The notes under the pieces: model-generated | Seen by the model: only the letters and a program-made list of their open reading frames with translations | What the model was told of the DNA's origin: nothing | Database searches by the model: none | Assembly: GCF_006345805.1 (NCBI RefSeq) | Contig: NC_043006.1 | Location: 29,140,001-29,204,000 of the forward strand | Reading direction: 5' to 3' | Length of the DNA: 64,000 nucleotides | From: Octopus sinensis | Taxonomy: Eukaryota | Made by a program: the position numbers and the translations under genes | Part shown: in pieces, positions 60,901 to 64,000 of the stretch | Position numbering within the stretch: position 1 is the first letter of the stretch | How the letters are laid out: each line of letters opens with the position of its first letter

Positions 60901-61989
60901 ACTACTTCACATTGAAAGGACACAGCTCCAGTGTTACAGACATGTGATCAGAATATTACAGGAAAAAATTGCAAGATGGAGTCATCAAGCCAAGTCAACT
61001 GGCAAGAGACCTTGGGGTAGACCAAGAAACAGATAGCTGGAGTAATATCTAATGGTCATGCTTGAGAATCCAATTGAAAATGAAAAGTCTAATGACAGAT
61101 TCTTCTGATAGGATTCTATGGAAGAAGTGGCTGAGCACTCTCCCTCCGTTGCCCTCCCAAAAACAGTGATGGGAGAAAATGGATAGAGGGTGGTGTCTGC
61201 TGTTAGGCACCATGGAGGTTTCTTGGTCTGTTGCTTCTTTTTATATTTATGTGTTTAAGAATTGTCAGAGATATACAGTGAAATACTTGCATACTATTAA
61301 CTAAAAAAAAAGGTATAATATATTATTATAATATATAAGCTACAAACTAACTAGAGTACAAATCATAAAAATCTTTATCAAATTTTTAGTACTTTCTTTC
61401 CTTTTCTTATGATAAAGATATATAACAAGTGGGGAGGGGGTGATTATGGTTTATTGAAGAGTAATGTATGCTGAATATAAAAAGTTTATGCTCTAGGAAC
61501 TGAGGCAGAATGAAATAACAAGGTATTAAGGAGGACTTAGCAGAGGGGCTAACTTTTGTTTGGATGGGTTAAAAGGTAATGCTTTTGTTGTGGTCAAGTG
61601 GTTAAAACATTTTTAGTCAGTTTTGTCAGGGTTTTCCCTGGCTCTTCCTCTTATCTTATAAAAAATTACAGCTTGTAACAGTAATGTTTGGATTTCCCAT
61701 TTAGCTGCTGTTAAATGTGTTATTTGGTGATTATTGGTGATTAATTGATTCACTTGTATGTTATGTACATGTATTTCTTCTACATATCTGTGTAAATTTC
61801 TTTCAGCGGCCTATGTCATCCAGCTCAGTTGAAAGTACCACAGATCTTGGTAGTCATCAATTCATGCCTCAGACATTTGAAGATGATGATGATAATTCAA
61901 AACTAGAAAAGGAGAAAAAAAAGAAAGGGTTTTCTTCTTTTTTCAGAAAGAAGAAAGACCACAAAGAAGTGAAGAAAGATAAAAATTAA
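1194..61989 (+). CDS. SPTBN5: Beta-heavy spectrin (karst/sma-1/SPTBN5-like), 3' part; 25 exons, 5' end lies left of the window
   Basis: Manual splicing of 25 GT-AG exons gives one uninterrupted 4074-nt frame. It encodes spectrin repeats (e.g. [35 protein letters not shown]), a terminal partial repeat, a PH domain ([31 protein letters not shown]) and a tail. Alpha-like repeats followed by a PH domain fit beta-H rather than alpha or conventional beta spectrin. Confidence 0.9.
1684..1830 (+). CDS. SPTBN5: beta-H spectrin exon 2 (0-0)
   Basis: aaattcag; [30 protein letters not shown]...DIVQ; gttagt; 147 nt. Confidence 0.95.
1926..2090 (+). mobile_element. SINE family A, 5' half
   Basis: B-box-like ggttcagtccc and gaaactgaaagaagcc shared with full copies. 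Confidence 0.8.
2102..2215 (-). mobile_element. Penelope-like terminal repeat remnant
   Basis: Minus strand gcctggagggtatatcagccgaaacgtt resembles the stem II/GAAAC half of PLE hammerhead motifs; CUGANGA core absent. Confidence 0.4.
2965..3102 (+). CDS. SPTBN5: beta-H spectrin exon 3 (0-0)
   Basis: catctag; [16 protein letters not shown]...LKEAFE; gtaagt; 138 nt. Confidence 0.93.
3377..3445 (+). mobile_element. Solo 3' end of a CR1-group LINE
   Basis: ggcggtgccccagcatggccacagctcatgagctaaaactagat plus A-rich tail matches the LINE end at 57724-57780. Confidence 0.75.
3771..4035 (+). mobile_element. Degenerate family B-type SINE
   Basis: ccatccaacccatgtcagcat...(tga)n tail. Confidence 0.75.
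4057..4670 (-). mobile_element. Family E non-autonomous retroposon (CT-rich body, B-type tail)
   Basis: Same tail; body aligns with 48857-49345. Confidence 0.7.
5150..6340 (-). mobile_element. CR1-group LINE reverse transcriptase fragment, decayed
   Basis: [31 protein letters not shown] and SKAFD motifs across frameshifted ORFs; [13 protein letters not shown] upstream. Confidence 0.9.
6776..7172 (+). mobile_element. SINE family A, full length
   Basis: A-box tggctgtgtgg, B-box ggttcagtccc, internal microsatellite, tail gactgaaaccagtaaaa. Confidence 0.88.
7297..7422 (+). CDS. SPTBN5: beta-H spectrin exon 4 (0-0)
   Basis: tttaacag; [31 protein letters not shown]...KKNQ; gtattg; 126 nt. Confidence 0.93.
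8458..8588 (+). CDS. SPTBN5: beta-H spectrin exon 5 (0-2)
   Basis: atttcag; [12 protein letters not shown]...[18 protein letters not shown]; gtaaaa; 131 nt. Confidence 0.92.
8712..9594 (-). mobile_element. Mariner (Tc1/mariner) non-autonomous, internally deleted element
   Basis: [22 protein letters not shown]...[12 protein letters not shown] region; [17 protein letters not shown]-terminal region; degenerate TIRs tacaaagtggtatc / tatgaggtggtccc. Confidence 0.88.
9736..9851 (-). pseudogene. Full-length 5S rRNA pseudogene fused to a retroposon tail (9686-9732)
   Basis: Minus strand gtttatgaccatatcacactgaaagcaccagttct...ttaagcagcgttgagcttagttagtactt...tgggaaacctaggtgctgtaaac aligns end to end with metazoan 5S rRNA, with many transitions. 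Confidence 0.88.
9911..10097 (+). CDS. SPTBN5: beta-H spectrin exon 6 (2-0)
   Basis: cctttcag; FESLSEPF...[19 protein letters not shown]...LLKKFQ; gtatgg; 187 nt. Confidence 0.94.
10245..10430 (+). repeat. Unclassified interspersed repeat family F (related pieces at ~15175, 17355, 20925, 33610, 41790)
   Basis: Shared motifs such as atttctagca, gagctgatctgga and ccagccatgac on either strand. Confidence 0.5.
11443..11643 (+). CDS. SPTBN5: beta-H spectrin exon 7 (0-0)
   Basis: ttttgtag; [16 protein letters not shown]...LQNSLEAQK; gtaggt; 201 nt. Confidence 0.94.
12237..12543 (-). mobile_element. tRNA-derived SINE family C
   Basis: Head ggaggtgcaatggcccagtggttagg...gcggtttcaattccc (A/B boxes) followed by a non-tRNA body ending cacgtgatcacatg. 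Confidence 0.85.
13320..13590. repeat. (TC)n-rich polypyrimidine low-complexity tract
   Basis: Repeated ctctctctct blocks. Confidence 0.8.
13651..13737 (+). mobile_element. SINE family A, 3' fragment
   Basis: ggcggtgctccagcatggccgcagtcgaatgactgaaacaagtaaaag. Confidence 0.85.
13981..14351 (+). mobile_element. SINE family A
   Basis: Head, body and tail align with 31677-32081. Confidence 0.85.
14538..14633 (+). CDS. SPTBN5: beta-H spectrin exon 8 (0-0)
   Basis: aatacag; [32 protein letters not shown]; gtatct; 96 nt. Confidence 0.94.
14905..15039 (+). CDS. SPTBN5: beta-H spectrin exon 9 (0-0)
   Basis: attttag; [16 protein letters not shown]...[12 protein letters not shown]; gtaaga; 135 nt. 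Confidence 0.93.
15492..15674 (+). CDS. SPTBN5: beta-H spectrin exon 10 (0-0)
   Basis: ctttcaag; [14 protein letters not shown]...[12 protein letters not shown]; gtaaga; 183 nt. Confidence 0.92.
16153..16417 (-). mobile_element. SINE family B, 5'-truncated
   Basis: Close match to 53587-53855 in reverse. Confidence 0.88.
16827..17018 (+). CDS. SPTBN5: beta-H spectrin exon 11 (0-0)
   Basis: attccag; [13 protein letters not shown]...[14 protein letters not shown]; gtaaaa; 192 nt. Confidence 0.94.
17781..17936 (+). CDS. SPTBN5: beta-H spectrin exon 12 (0-0)
   Basis: gtttccag; [26 protein letters not shown]...HNGLE; gtaaga; 156 nt. Confidence 0.94.
18596..18835 (+). mobile_element. SINE family A, degenerate and deleted
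   Basis: ggttcagtcccactgc and ttagcagttcagcaaaagag motifs. Confidence 0.65.
19136..19353 (+). CDS. SPTBN5: beta-H spectrin exon 13 (0-2)
   Basis: tttttcag; [11 protein letters not shown]...[10 protein letters not shown]...YFNEYREL; gttagt; 218 nt. Confidence 0.94.
21257..21446 (+). CDS. SPTBN5: beta-H spectrin exon 14 (2-0)
   Basis: ttctttag; [23 protein letters not shown]...NGHFLSEE; gtatat; 190 nt. Confidence 0.94.
22398..22496 (+). CDS. SPTBN5: beta-H spectrin exon 15 (0-0)
   Basis: ttctgtag; [33 protein letters not shown]; gtacgt; 99 nt. Confidence 0.93.
23062..23378. repeat. Foldback inverted repeat (146/142-bp arms, 29-nt loop); possible MITE
   Basis: Arms 23062-23207 and 23237-23378; 6 mismatches and one 4-nt indel by manual alignment. 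Confidence 0.92.
23676..23821 (-). mobile_element. SINE family A, 5' half
   Basis: Reverse complement of the family A head. Confidence 0.82.
24306..24488 (+). CDS. SPTBN5: beta-H spectrin exon 16, terminal partial repeat (0-0)
   Basis: tctttag; [17 protein letters not shown]...[31 protein letters not shown]; gtttga; 183 nt; resembles the beta-type tetramerisation partial repeat. Confidence 0.94.
25040..25318. repeat. Degenerate (TCTA)n/(TC)n micro/minisatellite
   Basis: Repeated ctatctatcattctct units. Confidence 0.8.
25486..26145 (+). repeat. Identical 197-bp direct repeat (25486-25682 and 25949-26145) flanking exon 17
   Basis: Base-by-base comparison shows no differences. Confidence 0.95.
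25717..25839 (+). CDS. SPTBN5: beta-H spectrin exon 17, charged linker (0-0)
   Basis: cattatag; [14 protein letters not shown]...[10 protein letters not shown]; gtcagt; 123 nt. Confidence 0.88.
26146..26518 (+). mobile_element. RTE-clade LINE 3' end with (TGA)n tail
   Basis: Open frame [22 protein letters not shown]...[11 protein letters not shown]...LLLWKP...STTVEQ, then tgatgatgatg. Confidence 0.9.
26840..27221 (+). mobile_element. Tc1/mariner (maT/DD37D-like) deletion derivative
   Basis: 21-bp inverted repeats 26844-26864 and 27197-27217; TA flanks 4 nt outside them; [11 protein letters not shown]...VDCRGG transposase C-terminus. Confidence 0.85.
28169..28233 (+). CDS. SPTBN5: beta-H spectrin exon 18 (0-2)
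   Basis: tttcccag; [21 protein letters not shown]; gtaagt; 65 nt; its phase links exon 17 to exon 19. Confidence 0.86.
28669..28985 (-). mobile_element. Penelope-like element reverse transcriptase fragment
   Basis: [17 protein letters not shown] and [18 protein letters not shown]...[12 protein letters not shown] resemble PLE RT (PKIHKPNNPGRPIVS). Confidence 0.8.
29779..29885. mobile_element. 107-bp MITE with TTAA flanks (Kolobok-like RR..YY ends)
   Basis: TTAA at 29775 and 29886; TIR gggcgctggagggacagtgcc vs aggcactggagggacaatgcc. Confidence 0.6.
29914..30097 (-). mobile_element. SINE family B-type 3' part
   Basis: ccatgctggcatgggttggac and ggatgcccttcctaatgccaacc. Confidence 0.82.
30206..31005 (+). 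mobile_element. SINE family A with an internal B-type fragment; 5' 325 bp tandemly duplicated
   Basis: Heads at 30206 and 30531; the non-microsatellite parts of the two units are identical. Confidence 0.88.
31677..32081 (+). mobile_element. SINE family A, full length, flanked by (TA)n
   Basis: Complete head, body and tail. Confidence 0.9.
34610..35058 (+). CDS. SPTBN5: beta-H spectrin exon 19, linker plus N-half of PH domain (2-1)
   Basis: ccctccag; ...[44 protein letters not shown]; gtatgg; 449 nt. Confidence 0.93.
35338..35526 (+). CDS. SPTBN5: beta-H spectrin exon 20, C-half of PH domain (1-1)
   Basis: ctccacag; ...[38 protein letters not shown]; gtaagt; 189 nt. Confidence 0.94.
36661..37100 (+). 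mobile_element. SINE family B variant
   Basis: gccagtggcacataaaaagcac units and (tga)n tail. Confidence 0.85.
37105..37245 (+). mobile_element. tRNA-derived SINE family D, degenerate
   Basis: ggtggttagctggcagaatc and gagttcaaattc; similar to 56414. Confidence 0.7.
37320..38013 (+). mobile_element. Family E retroposon (CT-rich body, B-type tail)
   Basis: Pyrimidine-rich body ending ccatccaatccatgccag...aatgatggtgatg. Confidence 0.65.
38371..38484 (+). CDS. SPTBN5: beta-H spectrin exon 21, acidic tail (1-1)
   Basis: gtttgcag; [37 protein letters not shown]; gtgaaa; 114 nt; phase compatible. Confidence 0.8.
39090..39462 (+). mobile_element. SINE family A
   Basis: Head to tail alignable. Confidence 0.85.
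39581..40031 (-). mobile_element. SINE family A, full length
   Basis: Reverse complement of a complete copy. Confidence 0.9.
40795..40941. mobile_element. piggyBac-like MITE (short variant)
   Basis: TTAA flanks; tccttttgttgcc...ggtatcaaaaggg. Confidence 0.75.
41263..41452. mobile_element. piggyBac-like MITE
   Basis: TTAA TSDs at 41259 and 41453; perfect 13-bp TIR cccttttgttacc. Confidence 0.85.
44151..44342 (+). CDS. SPTBN5: beta-H spectrin exon 22, S/T/P-rich tail (1-1)
   Basis: tactaacag; [15 protein letters not shown]...SPSPRQRHP...PTNLP; gtaagt; 192 nt. Confidence 0.8.
44899..46058. repeat. (TG)/(TATG)n microsatellite complex interrupted by a PLE end
   Basis: Alternating purine-pyrimidine runs; gtatgtatatttgtat-type higher-order units at 45650-45895. 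Confidence 0.95.
45214..45482 (+). mobile_element. Penelope-like terminal region carrying a minimal hammerhead-like motif
   Basis: tcttt-ctgttga-a-gagcgtagtctc-gaaac-gta-aaaga at 45347-45384. Confidence 0.55.
47146..47558 (+). mobile_element. SINE family A, full length
   Basis: Complete copy. Confidence 0.9.
47630..48130 (-). mobile_element. Family E retroposon, degenerate
   Basis: ggatgcccttcctaacaccaacc followed by a purine-rich (plus strand) body. Confidence 0.6.
48160..48548 (-). mobile_element. SINE family A
   Basis: Reverse complement head and tail. Confidence 0.85.
48857..49345 (-). mobile_element. Family E retroposon
   Basis: Aligns with 4057-4480. Confidence 0.75.
49774..51044 (+). 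mobile_element. CR1-group LINE RT to 3' end, with internal deletions
   Basis: [66 protein letters not shown]; 3' motif at 50994. Confidence 0.92.
51873..52411 (+). mobile_element. CR1-group LINE 3' fragment
   Basis: [32 protein letters not shown]; 3' motif at 52352. Confidence 0.9.
53281..53855 (+). mobile_element. SINE family B with a stuttered 5' junction
   Basis: Repeated gaggatcagaatc restarts; standard B tail. Confidence 0.85.
54721..55149 (-). mobile_element. SINE family A, full length
   Basis: Near-consensus reverse complement copy. Confidence 0.9.
55846..56270. mobile_element. SINE family A fragments, tail-to-tail (plus-strand 3' piece, then minus-strand copy)
   Basis: gccccagcatggccacagtctaatgactg, then reverse-strand body. 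Confidence 0.65.
56414..56643 (+). mobile_element. tRNA-derived SINE family D with target-site duplication
   Basis: A-box ggtgagctggcagaa, B-box gagttcaaattcc; direct repeat aggtattatcatag at 56401-56414 and 56644-56657. Confidence 0.9.
56920..57785 (+). mobile_element. CR1-group LINE 3' fragment
   Basis: [34 protein letters not shown]; 3' motif at 57724 and A-rich tail. Confidence 0.92.
58103..58195 (+). CDS. SPTBN5: beta-H spectrin exon 23 (1-1)
   Basis: ttctcccag; [30 protein letters not shown]; gtttgt; 93 nt; open in the required phase. Confidence 0.68.
58612..59945 (+). mobile_element. R4/Dong-clade (restriction-like endonuclease) LINE fragments with an intervening SINE-like piece (~58753-59005)
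   Basis: [23 protein letters not shown] zinc knuckle, [26 protein letters not shown]. Confidence 0.85.
60358..60377 (+). CDS. SPTBN5: beta-H spectrin 20-nt micro-exon 24 (1-0)
   Basis: tttccttcttcttgcag acceptor; (D)IEALQR; gtaaat donor; supplies the phase change needed to read the last exon in its long frame. Confidence 0.72.
60760..61190 (+). mobile_element. RTE (Rex3/Expander-like) LINE 3' fragment, decayed
   Basis: [36 protein letters not shown]. Confidence 0.82.
61807..61989 (+). CDS. SPTBN5: beta-H spectrin last coding exon 25
   Basis: tttctttcag; [10 protein letters not shown]...[36 protein letters not shown]; TAA at 61987-61989. Confidence 0.85.
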   Translation, partial: RPMSSSSVESTTDLGSHQFMPQTFEDDDDNSKLEKEKKKKGFSSFFRKKKDHKEVKKDKN

Positions 61990-62744
61990 TCCATTCTCCT
62001 GTGTTCCTGTCTGTTCATTCCCCCCCCCCCCGATTCATCTGCCAGTAACTGCTGTACAGTTTTAGGACTTTCTTTCTCTGCTGGCCGTAGAGAAATGTCA
62101 AATCAAGATTTATAATTTGAAGCAACACATTCCAAATAAGCCTTATGCAGGATTTTGTTTTTTTTGTTTTTGTTTTGTTTTTTTGACAGAATTTTCTAGA
62201 ATTCCATTCCAAGTTTTCCTCTCTTTCTACATGGCATCAATTAAAGAAAATGTTCTATGATTTAACATTTACTTCACCTCAAATTTCAATCCCTATCAAG
62301 AATTTTTTTAACATCTTTTATTTTTAACCCATAAATTATTTCACACGAGCATTGTTTCTAATTATCAAAAAGGGGTCAGCTAAAAAAATATCCTTGGAGA
62401 AGATTAATCTTAAAACTGAGTTTGGATCCACTGTAGATTTATACCAAAATCCAAGCTCATGTATAAATGATGGCCAAACTCATCTATTTGTTTTATAAGA
62501 TGAACAGATTCATCTGGTACTTTTCAAACTGACTTTTCATTAATTTTTTTTTTAATTCTTAAATTTCAAAGGTGCAAGGAAATCTTTTTTTTTTTCTTTT
62601 TTTTTTTAATTTTTATTTTTAAGAAAAAATTTTGTTTTGATGTTTTTGTTTCTCAGATTTTATTAATTGTGTGTGTGTTTTTGTTACTCAAATTTTAGTA
62701 CTTTATAAACAAAACGCACATACATAAACATTAATATTCATCCT

Positions 62745-63227
62745 CTTAATGTCCCCATGCTTTTCTATGCTTGCATTGAGTTGGATGGCAGATTTTCCAC
62801 ACCAGATGCCCTTTCCTGTATCCACACAAAGCAACAGACATGCTTTTGCCAAATATTGGAAAGGAATGACAATGGCAGTCATTTACAACAATCACATGAT
62901 GTCAAGTCAAAGGTCAGAGCTATACTCACACATATTATATGTGTCTTTCACTGAATCCTTGTGAATGCTGGAAACTGAAAGAAGCATCCTATATGTATGT
63001 GCATGCTTGTATTACTGTCTCCTTGCCTCAACACTGTGTGACAGTTGTAAATGAGTCTCATTGTTATGCAAGCAGTGTTATTCATTTCCAAATTTTCATG
63101 AAAACTTATCTGGTCATGGGAAAATATTACCTCATTTGGATATGAGGGTTGGCAACAAGAACGGCATCTGGCTGTAGAAAATCTACCTCAACAAATTCCA
63201 TAGAAGCAGGGAAACATGGACATTAAA
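62745..63227. mobile_element. Retroposon pieces in the putative 3' UTR: minus-strand tail 62745-62830, plus-strand SINE 62960-63227
   Basis: ggcatctggctgtagaaaatct...catggacattaa present on both strands; plus copy has the family A gaaactgaaagaagc motif. Confidence 0.65.
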
Positions 63228-63516
63228 TTGATATGTTTTTCTTTGTTTTTTATCAAAATTGAAGCTGAGAATTTGTCTTACAACTCAAGTTTCAGTTTCA
63301 ATAGAAAACAAAAAAACATATCCTCTACATGTATTAACCACTCTTCATTCCTCTGACATAATTCTATATATTATAAAATATTGGTTTGTGTGTGTGCGTG
63401 TGTGTGTGTGTATGTAATGTGAAGACAGGAACATACAAATATGAAATAACAAGGTTCATTATTAACGAGAAGTTAAAATTCAAGTGTTTATAGTTTTCCT
63501 ACAAAGGCTTGAACTT

Positions 63517-63639
63517 AATAAAAAGGCTTGTTTGATAATGTTAATAATCTGTTGAATTTATACGTGTGTGTGTGTGTGTGTGTGAGTGTGTGTGTAACAA
63601 GGCAGAAAAATTAGGTTTATGAAGGATCCATTGAATAAA
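63517..63639 (+). promoter_or_regulatory. Candidate polyadenylation signals (AATAAA at 63517 and 63634)
   Basis: Hexamers ~1.5-1.65 kb after the stop; AT-rich context makes chance hits likely. Confidence 0.25.
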
Positions 63640-64000
63640 TTCAACATATATTTTAACATTATCAAACAAACTTTTACCAAACCAATAATTTCCATGAAGT
63701 TGATGCCTTTGTTGGAAAACTATAAGCACTTGAATTTCAACTTCTCATAAATAATGACCCCAGTTATTTTGCATTTGTAATAATTTCTTGTTTTCATTCT
63801 GGTAAAATACCATGACAGTCAAGACATCTCATGTACTAGGACATCTTTTTTGGAGTTTTTCTAATGCTTCACTGTATAACCCAACTGACAATTTAGTTAC
63901 TGTCCCCACAATATGCCAAAATATTTAATAGCATAATATTTACTACAATATTGTTGATTCACTGAAGGAACAAGCCCAGAGCCTTGAACTAAAAACATGC

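Overview
AT-rich eukaryotic genomic DNA. The SINE/LINE families and huge (TA/TG)n tracts look like those of octopus; the species is an inference. The window holds the 3' part of one plus-strand gene, beta-heavy spectrin (karst/sma-1/SPTBN5-like). I traced 25 GT-AG exons by hand from 1194 to the TAA at 61987-61989. They join into one open frame of 4074 nt (1357 aa plus stop): about 7 complete spectrin repeats, the terminal partial (tetramerisation-type) repeat, a charged linker, a PH domain and a ~200-aa low-complexity tail ending in a polybasic FSSFF motif. The introns are packed with tRNA-derived SINEs, CR1-, RTE-, R4/Dong- and Penelope-type retroelement fragments, Tc1/mariner and TTAA-type MITEs, and microsatellites. 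Best leads: (1) a 20-nt micro-exon that sets the frame of the last exon and so could switch the C-terminus; (2) a candidate alternative last/poison exon giving a PH-less isoform; (3) a full-length 5S rRNA copy fused to a retroposon 3' tail (SINE3-like chimera); (4) a LINE/SINE-shared 3' motif with a covarying hairpin; (5) a minimal hammerhead-like fold; (6) a 197-bp perfect duplication at the 5' junction of an apparently young RTE; (7) a 317-bp foldback hairpin. No prokaryotic features or CRISPR arrays. Repeat boundaries are approximate unless stated; SINE family labels A-F are my own.
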